Shown: one piece after another, positions 1-9,687 of the stretch | Numbering within the stretch: position 1 is the first letter of the stretch | Layout: the number at the start of each line of letters is the position of its first letter | IMG/VR virus record: IMGVR_UViG_3300027801_002586 | Location: 1 to 64,000 of that record | Direction: 5' to 3' (one strand) | From: a virus | Length of the DNA stretch: 64,000 bases | Notes under the pieces: model-generated | What the model saw: only the letters and a program-made list of their open reading frames with translations | What the model was told of the DNA's origin: nothing | The model's database searches: none | Made by a program: the position numbers and the translations under genes

Positions 1-314
1 ACCAAATTGTAGTAGAGAACGATTCTCGAAGAGAATCAAGTGGGGATACCTTAATTTTTGAAGTAAAAGGGTTAGTGTGTTCATTTTGTGCTCATGGGTT
101 AAATAAGGGTATTGGTAAAATGAATTATACTAATGAGAAAGGTATATTGGTAGATATCAATAATCAAATTGTTAGAGTAATACTTAATAAAAAGTATAAA
201 TCAATACCATCATCAGTTATAAATCAAACTATAAAAGTGATACAAGATAGTGGTTATGAAGTTTTTAGCATAAAGTATAAAGATAGAGTATTAATAATAT
301 CAAAGAATGATTAG
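1..314 (+). CDS. Heavy-metal-associated (HMA) domain protein, 5' truncated by window edge
   Basis: Frame is open from position 3 and reads ...FEVKGLVCSFCAHGL..., matching the HMA GMxCxxC metal-binding motif. Confidence 0.7.
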   Translation, partial: QIVVENDSRRESSGDTLIFEVKGLVCSFCAHGLNKGIGKMNYTNEKGILVDINNQIVRVILNKKYKSIPSSVINQTIKVIQDSGYEVFSIKYKDRVLIISKND

Positions 315-868
315 TGATAAATCCTTTCAATGGGAAAGATAGATTTATCTAAAGATTTATCTAAAGATAGATACGATATGATTCATATAGACCACGCATT
401 AATTATTTTTGCTAACACGATAGTAATGGGATATCTTTTGTATTTGAATATGAAACTCTGAATTATATCAACCTTATAGGGTTGATAATGTAAAAGTCAA
501 CCTTTTCGCAATATTTTATTTATAACATTTCGTATCATTCTCTATACTTATATACATGATAGAGATATACTACGTATGAAACACCATATTCGCCAACGGC
601 TATTATATACATTCCAAATGATTGCTGCAGTTCTCGTTGCACTCGAAGTTTCCATTCCCCCTAATTTATATACTAATCAGTTAATAGTGGTACTCACTAT
701 ATTAATTTGTATTAAACACGACCTACCCAAGAAGATACTCGATATCTTCGATAAATATACCAGTTAGGTATATTCCCCCACCATTACCCACTTTATAACA
801 CTTTATATCAGAACATGATAGTTATTATCATACATAGGTGTTATTAGTATAGGTATTTAAAACATAAA

Positions 869-897
869 ATACTACTGCAATTACATCTATCTGTCAA
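869..897 (-). promoter_or_regulatory. sigma70-type promoter pointing leftwards
   Basis: Reverse strand TTGACA-17 bp-TAGTAT, divergent from ORF 924. Confidence 0.45.
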
Positions 898-923
898 GGT
901 TTAATTTTATATAGGAATTTGTT

Positions 924-1616
924 ATGGCCATTAGTATTAATAATAAGAACGTAGGTGGTAGACCATCTAAGCAACCATCTCGACAACGCGTTGAGTATGC
1001 AATCAAATCCACTCAAAGTATGAGAATGGCAGCGGAGTATATTAATTTATCGTATCAAACATTCAGGAAATACGCTAAACAATACGAATTATGGACACCA
1101 TTACCCAGTTCAAAGGGCGTTAGAAAACGTAATAGTACTAAGGTTTCGCCGTATGATTTGAAAAAAATACTTACTGGAGAGAATCCTTCACCATTTCGTG
1201 AGACTGTATTACTGAAAAAGGCGTTAAATGAAGCGTATTTAGAACAAAAATGTAGTGAATGCGGGTATGATTGTACTAATATTTTGGACAAAACACCCCC
1301 ATTAGTGATAGATTTTCTTGATAAAGACCATAATAATACCAAATTAGACAACCTTAGAGTGTTATGTTTGAACTGCATATACACTTTAGCCAGTACTCAA
1401 AAGGGTTGGTATCGCCATAGGGATGTTCCATTAGTGATAGCAATAGATGAATTACTACAAAAAGATATCACGATTCAAACCAATATAGACGAGTTTGAGG
1501 CTATTCCCACGACTAGCACGAGCGAATTACCTATCGCTTCAAGTGATACTTTAATAGAATCGCCCGAATTAGAGTACATTCCTTTCGAAGAATTTCAAAA
1601 AACTTTAGATAATTGA
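924..1616 (+). CDS. HTH + HNH-like zinc-binding protein
   Basis: N-terminal SMRMAAEYINLSYQTFRKYAK (HTH-like), CxxC...DHNNTKLDNLRVLCLNC (HNH-like, degenerate), acidic tail. Confidence 0.6.
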   Translation: MAISINNKNVGGRPSKQPSRQRVEYAIKSTQSMRMAAEYINLSYQTFRKYAKQYELWTPLPSSKGVRKRNSTKVSPYDLKKILTGENPSPFRETVLLKKALNEAYLEQKCSECGYDCTNILDKTPPLVIDFLDKDHNNTKLDNLRVLCLNCIYTLASTQKGWYRHRDVPLVIAIDELLQKDITIQTNIDEFEAIPTTSTSELPIASSDTLIESPELEYIPFEEFQKTLDN

Positions 1617-1626
1617 GCGATTTTAC

Positions 1627-1656
1627 TTGACTTGTATTGGCAAAAAGCCTTATATT
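1627..1656 (+). promoter_or_regulatory. Early promoter P1
   Basis: TTGACT-18 bp-TATATT with GGCAAAAAGCC spacer; member of 12-copy family. Confidence 0.75.
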
Positions 1657-1997
1657 AGAGTGGCTGTATAGCTAAATATGCGTGCGATTCACTTGGATTA
1701 CCCTCTCAATCTCGCCAATATCCCCTATAATCCGCCCGGCAAAAGCTTAAAGTAATACATTAACCCATGGCTTGAAGTGATACTCGAAGTGCGTTAACCT
1801 TAAAAAAGATACAAGCATACTACCTATATAGAGATACAACACAACTAAAGCTAGCACTAAAGATTAATGCAACAATTATACTGAGTACAATACTACTCAC
1901 GTGAGTACAATAATGGCGTACTGGGTAGTGATACTCACCACTTCGAATACATCACCACATCACCACATCACGCCTGTAACTTCAATAATAATTACAC

Positions 1998-2081
1998 ATG
2001 ACATAATGTCAGTAAAGATTCCAGATAAAGGCCACCCATGGCTATTAATCGTGAATCGGAAAATGTATGACAATATGTCAG
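1998..2081. repeat. Two palindromic ATGACA-NNN-TGTCAG boxes
   Basis: TGACATAATGTCA at 1999-2011 and TGACAATATGTCA at 2068-2080. Confidence 0.65.
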
Positions 2082-2220
2082 AAGGCCATACTTGCTCATA
2101 TATCGGCGTGGCTTTTTTCACCTATAGAGAGTTATTAACACTCTTACCTAAGAGGTAAACCTATCGTCCGCGTTATTATTTATTGCGTTGCTTTTCTTAT
2201 CTTGTTATATATTTATTATT

Positions 2221-2598
2221 ATGATAAACACTATATACCTATTCATTATACTTATGTTATTTTTTGCAGGGTCTTTATACTCACAAGATAGTAATTTCAG
2301 AATTAGTGATGATACTATGGAGTTACAATTGGATAAGAAAGCACACTTCACTACTTCGTTTGGTTTGTATTATTTCTTCTACACATCTCTTACTATATAC
2401 TCTGATACTTTACCTTACCCACAATTAGATGCGATGTTATTAAGTACTTCTATAGGTTTATTATACGAGGTGTATCAAGGAACATCACTTAGTAACGCAG
2501 ATGGATTTAGTAAAGAAGATTTCTATTACAACCTTATCGGTATAGGGTTCGCTCGTTTCACTCACGAAATTATTTTACATTTTAAGGATTTAATTTAA
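2221..2598 (+). CDS. Membrane protein, YfiM/VanZ-like
   Basis: Signal/TM segments with DKKAHF...E.YQ...GFSKED..YN..G pattern. Confidence 0.5.
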   Translation: MINTIYLFIILMLFFAGSLYSQDSNFRISDDTMELQLDKKAHFTTSFGLYYFFYTSLTIYSDTLPYPQLDAMLLSTSIGLLYEVYQGTSLSNADGFSKEDFYYNLIGIGFARFTHEIILHFKDLI

Positions 2599-2641
2599 TA
2601 CTTATATATAGACTGGGTTAAACAACAATAGGTTATTGAGA

Positions 2642-4138
2642 ATGAAAAAAAGAAAAATCTTAGGAATCAATGCACTTAACCACGATGCATGTGTTACCTT
2701 ATTACATGGTAATGAAATCTTGTTCGCTGGACATAGTGAACGATATAGTGGTATTAAAAACGATTCACTACTTAACAATGAAATCCTTGCCGATGTAAAA
2801 CAATATGGTGATTGGGATGAGGTTGTTTATTATGAACGACCTTATAGTAAGAAACTACGACAGTTATATGCAGGACAATATTCAGAAGTTTTCACGAGGA
2901 AGAATCTTCCCTTAACACATTTAAAACAATTCGGTATAGATAAGATACACCATTACGTTGACCATCATTTATCTCACGCATCAGCAGGATACTATACATC
3001 ACCTTATACAGAAGCAGCAATTGTTTGTATTGATGCAATTGGTGAATGGGAAACTTGTACTATATGGTACGCTAAAGATGGTAAGTTTAAAAAACGATAT
3101 TCAGTAAGATATCCAAACTCATTAGGATTGTGGTATAGTGCTATGACTCAAAGATTAGGATTGAAACCACAAGAAGATGAGTACATCTTAATGGGTATGG
3201 CAGGTTGGGGTAAAGTTATACCAACATTAAAGAAAGAGTTAAACCGAACCTTTTTCCATAAGGGAAAAGATTTATTAAAATTTAATAAAAATTTACATCG
3301 TGGATGTCTTGACTGGGATTCAGAAGTATATCCAGATGATGGTACAGATGAATGGAAATTCACTATAGCAGCAAACGTACAGAGTATATGTGAAGATAAG
3401 ATATATAACGTATTTGCAAAAACAAAACAATTAGTACCTGAAACCGATAACATAGTATATGGTGGTGGGGTTGCATTAAATTGTGTTGCTAATTCATTAG
3501 TGGCACACGAACTTTACCCAAGTTTATGGATTCTCCCGAATCCCGGTGATGGTGGTTCATCGTTAGGGAGTGCCGCATATATATTGGGTGAGCATGTGAA
3601 CTGGCATAATTGTTTCTTGGGTTACGATATTAAAGGAAAGTATCCAACCGAGCAACTCTTAAAAGAGCTTCTCAAAGGGAACATAGTCGGAGTCGCGAAC
3701 GGGAGAGCGGAGTTTGGACCTCGGGCTTTGGGCAACCGAACTTTGATGGCAGACCCACGTGGAGATAAGATTAAAGATAAGGTAAATAAAATTAAGAAAC
3801 GACAAGAGTTTCGACCATTTGCTCCTGCAGTATTAGAGGAACACGCTCACGAGATATTTGAAATGCCCGTGAGGAAATCTCAGTATATGCAGTATGTAGC
3901 GAAATGTAAATACCCAGAGAAGTATCCTGCTATATGTCATGTAGATAACACTTCGAGAGTACAGACAGTAAGTAAGGATGATAATCCAAACTTCTATAAT
4001 CTGATAAATGAATTTTACAAAACCACGGGTTGTCCTATGGTTCTCAATACCAGTCTGAATATTAAAGGACAACCCATTGTAAACACAAAACAAGATGGAA
4101 TAGATTTCACTAAACAATATGGCGTAAAAGTATTTTGA
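2642..4138 (+). CDS. Carbamoyltransferase (NodU/CmcH family)
   Basis: HDAC, ERYS, HHLSHA, DAIGE, GGVALNC, GRAEFGPRALGNR, FRPFAP, LNTSLN motifs. Confidence 0.95.
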   Translation: MKKRKILGINALNHDACVTLLHGNEILFAGHSERYSGIKNDSLLNNEILADVKQYGDWDEVVYYERPYSKKLRQLYAGQYSEVFTRKNLPLTHLKQFGIDKIHHYVDHHLSHASAGYYTSPYTEAAIVCIDAIGEWETCTIWYAKDGKFKKRYSVRYPNSLGLWYSAMTQRLGLKPQEDEYILMGMAGWGKVIPTLKKELNRTFFHKGKDLLKFNKNLHRGCLDWDSEVYPDDGTDEWKFTIAANVQSICEDKIYNVFAKTKQLVPETDNIVYGGGVALNCVANSLVAHELYPSLWILPNPGDGGSSLGSAAYILGEHVNWHNCFLGYDIKGKYPTEQLLKELLKGNIVGVANGRAEFGPRALGNRTLMADPRGDKIKDKVNKIKKRQEFRPFAPAVLEEHAHEIFEMPVRKSQYMQYVAKCKYPEKYPAICHVDNTSRVQTVSKDDNPNFYNLINEFYKTTGCPMVLNTSLNIKGQPIVNTKQDGIDFTKQYGVKVF

Positions 4139-4146
4139 AAAAGTAC

Positions 4147-4176
4147 TTGACTTTGATAGTAAAAAAGCCGTATATT
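4147..4176 (+). promoter_or_regulatory. Early promoter P2
   Basis: TTGACT-18-TATATT upstream of ORF 4192. Confidence 0.75.
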
Positions 4177-4191
4177 AAGGACAAATAAAAT

Positions 4192-4998
4192 ATGAATATA
4201 GGAATAATAGGTAAAGGATTTGTAGGGAATGCTATATCCGAGGGGTTTAAAACTCAAGGACATAACATTATTGCTCACGATATCCGATTAGAAACAAAGA
4301 TAGAAGATGTATTGGATTGTCCAATTGTTTATATATCAGTACCTACACCAAGTGCTGAAAATGGTGATTGTGATACCACGATAGTAGAGAGTGTATTACG
4401 AGAATTATATCATCTGAAGTATAGTGGATTTGTTTGTATCAAGAGTACAGTCAAACCAGGTTCACTTAGTAAGTGGAACGAACAATACGGGCAGATACTT
4501 AATCTAAGTTTCGTACCCGAGTTTCTTCGTGAGAGGTGTGCTGTAGAAGATTTCATACATAATAATAATGTATTGGTTGTTGGTACTGATGACCCTATCG
4601 CTGAATTATGTATTAAAGAATGTCACGGAATTTTACCTACACATACAGTCGTGATGAAACCGATTGAAGCTGAACTGATGAAATACTTCAGTAATAGTTA
4701 TAAAGCCATGAGAGTTACATTCGCTAATGCCTTCTATAAGATTTGTCAAGAGGTAGATGCTAACTATGATGTTGTTAAGGATACATTCTTATTTCATGGT
4801 ATAGGTGATGGACATTATTTAAAAGTGAATAAGCAGTTCGGTGGGTTTGGTGGTACTTGTTTACCAAAGGATACTAAAGGATTGGCTAACTTAGTTGATG
4901 AGTTAGGATTGGATATAGAACTATTCAGAACTATTGTAAATGATAATATCAAGTTTACTGCTGGGGAATCTGAACAAGAAAATAGGATAGAAATATAA
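4192..4998 (+). CDS. ugd: UDP-glucose/GDP-mannose dehydrogenase (short form)
   Basis: GKGFVG, VPTP, KSTV, PEFLRE, KYFSN, GFGGTCLPKD. Confidence 0.9.
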   Translation: MNIGIIGKGFVGNAISEGFKTQGHNIIAHDIRLETKIEDVLDCPIVYISVPTPSAENGDCDTTIVESVLRELYHLKYSGFVCIKSTVKPGSLSKWNEQYGQILNLSFVPEFLRERCAVEDFIHNNNVLVVGTDDPIAELCIKECHGILPTHTVVMKPIEAELMKYFSNSYKAMRVTFANAFYKICQEVDANYDVVKDTFLFHGIGDGHYLKVNKQFGGFGGTCLPKDTKGLANLVDELGLDIELFRTIVNDNIKFTAGESEQENRIEI

Positions 4999-5158
4999 TT
5001 ATGAGATATTTATATATGAGTGGAATGGTGGCTAATATGAAAGATTATGGTTCATCAACAAACAGAAATCGACCAACTGATATCTCTCATTGTGGGAATA
5101 TTAACCATACTATATTGGATATGGTTGTTGAAAAGAATACGCAAATAATAGGTTATTA

Positions 5159-6358
5159 ATGAAAAAATGTTATACTTACGATGATGTAAATATCGTTCCG
5201 AAATATTCGGAAGTTGAACATCGTGTAGATGTCAAACTCAATACACGATTTACACGGAATACAGAATTGACTATTCCAATAGTTGCTGCTCCTATGGATA
5301 CAGTCACAGAATATGATATGGCTGTCGAGATGATGGAATGGGGTGGTGTTGGTGTTATACATAGATTTAATACCATTGAAGAACAATCTAAGATGATGAA
5401 ATCATTACATCGCGAGTGGGTTAAATATTTTAAACCAATACCAGGAATTACAGATGGTACAGAAAGAACATTAGAAACCGAATGGCAAGAATGGTGGGAT
5501 AGTAGTGTAAGACATTGGAATAGTCCACCAACAAAATCGGATTGGGATGATTTAAAAGAAAGATTTTATTTTGCAGATGATATGATTCGTGATGATAAGA
5601 GTTGGTCTAAACTACCATTATGTGCCGCGGTAGGAGTTAATGGAGATTATTTAGAACGAGCAAGAGAATTAGCATGGAATGGATGTAATGTTCTACTTAT
5701 AGATGTAGCACATGGTCATCATAAAAATGTAGGAGAAGCCATTGAAGAAATCAAAAAAGACATATCAGGAATTGAAGTTATTGCAGGAAACGTTGCGACG
5801 TCCGAAGCCACGAGGTACTTATGTGAAAGAGAAGCAGATGGAATTAGAGTCGGAATCGGAAATGGTTCATTATGCGAAACGAGGATTAGAACAGGTATTG
5901 GCGTTCCCCAAGTTTCTGCTCTACTTGATTGCGTTAATTCTGCAGATGAGTTTGATGTTCCTATTATTGCCGATGGTGGTATTCGTAATATTGGTGATGT
6001 TTGTAAAGGATTGGCTTGTGGGGCTGATTCGGTTATGTTGGGAAGTTTGTTATCAGGTACCAAAGAATCACCTGGAGAAATTGAGAAAGTAGGTCAATGG
6101 CCTAATGAAAAGTTATTTAAAAAGTATAGAGGTTCGGCCTCAAGAGATTCAAAAGGTAGTGATAAAAATGTCGAAGGTAATCATAAAGTAATTCCATACA
6201 AAGGAAAAACAAAGCGTATATTACACGATATTACAGATGGAGTTCGTAGCTCTTTCAGTTATGTTGGTGCTAACAATATATCTGATTATCACACATTAGT
6301 AGAATTAGTAAACGTAACACACGCAGGTATGGTAGAAGCTAAACCACACTTGTTATAG
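5159..6358 (+). CDS. guaB: IMP dehydrogenase / GMP reductase family
   Basis: TYDDV, AAPMDTVTE, IDVAHGH, GIGNGSLCETR (catalytic Cys), IADGGIR, YRG. Confidence 0.9.
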   Translation: MKKCYTYDDVNIVPKYSEVEHRVDVKLNTRFTRNTELTIPIVAAPMDTVTEYDMAVEMMEWGGVGVIHRFNTIEEQSKMMKSLHREWVKYFKPIPGITDGTERTLETEWQEWWDSSVRHWNSPPTKSDWDDLKERFYFADDMIRDDKSWSKLPLCAAVGVNGDYLERARELAWNGCNVLLIDVAHGHHKNVGEAIEEIKKDISGIEVIAGNVATSEATRYLCEREADGIRVGIGNGSLCETRIRTGIGVPQVSALLDCVNSADEFDVPIIADGGIRNIGDVCKGLACGADSVMLGSLLSGTKESPGEIEKVGQWPNEKLFKKYRGSASRDSKGSDKNVEGNHKVIPYKGKTKRILHDITDGVRSSFSYVGANNISDYHTLVELVNVTHAGMVEAKPHLL

Positions 6359-6368
6359 GAGAAATAAA

Positions 6369-6533
6369 ATGCCAAGAACAAAGAAACTAACAAAGATAGA
6401 TAAATCCGCTATTAGAATTTCTTCGGATAGAAAATCTACAAGACGAATGAGTACTCGTAGGAAAGAAAAAAGTGTCTTTCTACAGCGGGTAATTGATGGG
6501 ATGAAAAAGTTTTTATCTTCACCATTTAAATAG
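6369..6533 (+). CDS. Small basic hypothetical protein (54 aa, not in ORF track)
   Basis: AGGAG SD, MPRTKKLTKIDKSAIRISSDRK...FLSSPFK. Confidence 0.55.
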   Translation: MPRTKKLTKIDKSAIRISSDRKSTRRMSTRRKEKSVFLQRVIDGMKKFLSSPFK

Positions 6534-6546
6534 ATATTTATACTAT

Positions 6547-6619
6547 GGGGCTGTAGCTCAGTTGGGAGAGCATCGCACTTGCACTGCGGAGGTCGCAGGT
6601 TCGATTCCTGTCAGCTCCA
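6547..6619 (+). tRNA. tRNA-Ala(UGC)
   Basis: GGGGCTG/CAGCTCC acceptor stem with G3:U70, anticodon loop CTTGCAC, GTTCGATTC T-loop; CCA not encoded. Confidence 0.97.
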
Positions 6620-6638
6620 CTTTAATTAGAGAGGATAT

Positions 6639-7130
6639 ATGCCGTTAAGTAGGTTTGGTAAAAGACATAAGAAAACCTTTGGTAAGAAGAAAGAAGAATG
6701 GGATGGTGATTTTAGAAAACCACCAAAGCCAGATTCTTATTATACCAAGATAAAAGGTAAGTGTAGATGGTGTAGTTATATGATAGTCCGAGATGATGAA
6801 ACCATAAACGAAAGAAGAAGTTGGCATAAAGAATGTGCAGGAGAGTATATGATTATATACCACTCTAAAGAACAGAGAGCACATTTAAGGAAAAGGGATA
6901 AGGGTAAATGTAACCATTGTGGAGTTATGGCGAAACGATGGGATTGTGACCATATCAGACCTTTGGTTGAACAGAAAGGTGTGATAGCAAAAGATTTAGA
7001 TTGGAGTTATTATAGTTTGGGTAACCTACAAACATTATGTAAAACCTGTCATAGAAAAAAAACAAATTCAGAAGTACATCTGAAAAAGAAGAGAAAAGTT
7101 AATTACAAGGAGACAAAAAAATGGGATTGA
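6639..7130 (+). CDS. HNH endonuclease
   Basis: CNHCG...DCDHIRPL...NLQTLCKTCHRKKT. Confidence 0.85.
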   Translation: MPLSRFGKRHKKTFGKKKEEWDGDFRKPPKPDSYYTKIKGKCRWCSYMIVRDDETINERRSWHKECAGEYMIIYHSKEQRAHLRKRDKGKCNHCGVMAKRWDCDHIRPLVEQKGVIAKDLDWSYYSLGNLQTLCKTCHRKKTNSEVHLKKKRKVNYKETKKWD

Positions 7131-7402
7131 ATCTAAGAGATGATTTGATTAAAGCAAGTAGATTACACTTTGAGGCTCATATAGAGAAGCATAGAATTAA
7201 TGTAGAGAACTTACTTAGTAACTCACAAGGAGTAGCAGACCATCCAGATATAATGGATACAATAGAAAAGGAGTTGGGTGAAATTTCTATTTACCACGAT
7301 TTGATGGAAGTGTTGGATAAATATTTTGATGGTGGACAGGTAACCAAAACAAGAAAACTACTAAACGAACAAATGTGTGAATGTGGTAAAAAGGTAAAAT
7401 AG
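7121..7402 (+). CDS. Conserved phage hypothetical protein
   Basis: HIEKHRINVE...HPDIMDTIEKEL pattern recalled from marine T4-like phages; SD present. Confidence 0.6.
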   Translation: MGLNLRDDLIKASRLHFEAHIEKHRINVENLLSNSQGVADHPDIMDTIEKELGEISIYHDLMEVLDKYFDGGQVTKTRKLLNEQMCECGKKVK

Positions 7403-7404
7403 TA

Positions 7405-7632
7405 ATGAAAGAACTTAAAGCAACAAGAGTCCCACCTGGAGATAGGTGGGCAATAGTAGATGGTGATGACCAAATTTATTCTTCATTAACTGAAGTATTA
7501 AATGCAATTTATATGGAATCACAAGGTACACAATTTTTTATTGATGCATTAAAGGGTGAAGTTCATGTTGAGGATGGTGTAGAAAAACCACCAACGATTA
7601 AGAAGTACTCACTCTATGGAGAAGAATATTAG
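7405..7632 (+). CDS. Hypothetical protein
   Basis: ORF packed in operon. Confidence 0.6.
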   Translation: MKELKATRVPPGDRWAIVDGDDQIYSSLTEVLNAIYMESQGTQFFIDALKGEVHVEDGVEKPPTIKKYSLYGEEY

Positions 7633-7986
7633 ATGGAGAAATTGTACTTATCGATGGTATTACTATTCTTTAGTAACATCGCAGCTTGGTGGCAATTGAA
7701 TGCTCAGTTTATATGGAAGGATAATAGATTTTGGAATAATCCATATCTGATGGCTATTTGTGGATTACCAATTGGGTTTGCATTTTGGCACGCAACACGA
7801 TTAAGTTATGAACACTTTGGATTTACATGGAATATCCGAATGATTGGGTTTGGAATTGGTACATTAGTTTTTGGTATATGTTCCTATTTATTCTTGCGAG
7901 AGATACCTACTATGAAAACCATCATATGTTTATTGTTAGCATTATCAATTATATTAATACAGGTAACGAATGTACTTGGAGAATGA
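7633..7986 (+). CDS. Four-TM membrane protein (DMT/SMR-like)
   Basis: Four hydrophobic helices in 117 aa. Confidence 0.55.
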   Translation: MEKLYLSMVLLFFSNIAAWWQLNAQFIWKDNRFWNNPYLMAICGLPIGFAFWHATRLSYEHFGFTWNIRMIGFGIGTLVFGICSYLFLREIPTMKTIICLLLALSIILIQVTNVLGE

Positions 7987-7987
7987 T

Positions 7988-8479
7988 ATGAACTTAAAAG
8001 ATTATATAGTTGATGTGCCAGATTGGCCAAAGGAAGGTATTATATTTAAAGATATAACACCATTATTAGCAAATACAAATTCATTAGAATTTGCAACATT
8101 ATCAATGAGAGGATTGTTGAATAATAAAAGTGTTCAACCAACTCACATAGTTGGTATTGAAGCAAGAGGATTTATTTTCGGAGCTCATTTAGCAAAGAGA
8201 ATGAATTGTAGTTTTATCCCACTACGAAAAAAGGGTAAGTTACCACCACCAGTAATTTCTAAAGAGTATGAATTAGAATATGGAACAGACACTTTAGAAA
8301 TCAAACCAGGTGATGGTGAACGAGTAATTATTGTTGATGATGTCTATGCCACAGGTGGTACTGCAAAGGCAGCAATAGAACTATGTTTAGAAGCTGGATA
8401 TGATGTATTAGATGAAATCTATTTAATCAATCTTAGTTTTTTAAACAAAGATAAAGTAAAATCAGTTATAACATATTAA
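7988..8479 (+). CDS. apt: Adenine phosphoribosyltransferase
   Basis: PDWPKEGIIFKDITPLL, GIEARGF, RKKGKLP, YELEYG, IVDDVYATGGT. Confidence 0.95.
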   Translation: MNLKDYIVDVPDWPKEGIIFKDITPLLANTNSLEFATLSMRGLLNNKSVQPTHIVGIEARGFIFGAHLAKRMNCSFIPLRKKGKLPPPVISKEYELEYGTDTLEIKPGDGERVIIVDDVYATGGTAKAAIELCLEAGYDVLDEIYLINLSFLNKDKVKSVITY

Positions 8480-8508
8480 AGTTATAACATATAAACAGGA
8501 GAGAAGTT

Positions 8509-8706
8509 ATGGCAAAATTAACAGACCTATTTGAGCAAATTCAAGATTTGTATTTTGAGTTTGAATCAAACCACTTAGAATTTGTGGAAAAGGGAAACAA
8601 ATCAGCTGAAGGTAGAGCACGTAAAGCGATTGGTGAAGTTAAAAAGTTAGTTACTGAATATCGTAAAGAATCGGTTACAGCAACTAAATCAGCACATTAT
8701 AAATAA
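8509..8706 (+). CDS. Histone H1-like Hc1 family protein
   Basis: KGNKSAEGRARKAIGEVKKLVTEYRKESV matches Hc1 core. Confidence 0.75.
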   Translation: MAKLTDLFEQIQDLYFEFESNHLEFVEKGNKSAEGRARKAIGEVKKLVTEYRKESVTATKSAHYK

Positions 8707-8715
8707 GGAGTTAAG

Positions 8716-9687
8716 ATGTATCGAACAGCAGAGTTCGTAACACCTAAACATCCAGATAAATTATGTGATAGGATATCAGATAAGATATTAGACCATTGTC
8801 TTGACCTCGACCCTAATGCTAGAGTCGCGGTTGAGACTATGGGTGGACATGGTAAAATATATGTCACGGGTGAAGTTACGATGGATTCAAAGGATGAAAT
8901 TCCAGTTATACAAATAGTTGAAGATGTTACAGAATCTACCGATTATTTAAAAACAACACAAGTTAATATAGTTCAACAATCATCTGAAATCGCACGCGGG
9001 GTTGATGGTGGTGGAGCAGGTGACCAAGGTATTATGGTTGGTTACGCATGTGATGAGAATGATGAGCATGTGCCAGAAGAGTATAGATTGGCAAGAAGTT
9101 TATGTAAACACTTATATGAGTTATATCCATATGATGGTAAGACTCAAGTAACCACAAGAGGTGATAGGAATTTATTTATTGTTTCATCATTTCAGAACAC
9201 CAATAAGATTTCCCTACATGGAAAAATTAGTGAGTGGCTAAAGAATGAACCATATGGTTTAATGGTTACTCACGCTAATCCAGCAGGTGATTGGAAACAA
9301 GGTGGATTCGATGCAGATGTAGGATTGACTGGTAGGAAATTAGTTGTAGATAATTATGGGCCACGAGTACCAATTGGTGGTGGAGCATATAGTGGTAAAG
9401 ACCCAAGTAAGGTTGATAGAAGTGCAGCATATATGGCGAGACATATTGCAGTAGAAGAATTAAAACGAAAAGGTTTGAGTGAATGTTGGGTTAATTTAAG
9501 TTATGCTATTGGTGAGAAAGAACCACTACAAGCAACTTGTTTTAATGAATTTGGTAGTTGGGATATACCATCTCACTATCCAATATACCCAAATGATATA
9601 ATTAAATTTTTAGATTTAAAAAAACCGATATATTATAAAACATCAGAATGGGGAGCATATGGCAATGGATTTAAATGGGATAAGTAG
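8716..9687 (+). CDS. metK: S-adenosylmethionine synthetase
   Basis: HPDKLCD, GAGDQG, DGKTQV, GLTGRK, GGGAYSGKDPSKVDRSAAY. Confidence 0.95.
   Translation: MYRTAEFVTPKHPDKLCDRISDKILDHCLDLDPNARVAVETMGGHGKIYVTGEVTMDSKDEIPVIQIVEDVTESTDYLKTTQVNIVQQSSEIARGVDGGGAGDQGIMVGYACDENDEHVPEEYRLARSLCKHLYELYPYDGKTQVTTRGDRNLFIVSSFQNTNKISLHGKISEWLKNEPYGLMVTHANPAGDWKQGGFDADVGLTGRKLVVDNYGPRVPIGGGAYSGKDPSKVDRSAAYMARHIAVEELKRKGLSECWVNLSYAIGEKEPLQATCFNEFGSWDIPSHYPIYPNDIIKFLDLKKPIYYKTSEWGAYGNGFKWDK

Noticed and set aside
1901-2158. ORF 1901-2158 as a real gene
   Set aside because: GTG start without SD, atypical composition, runs through DNA repeats
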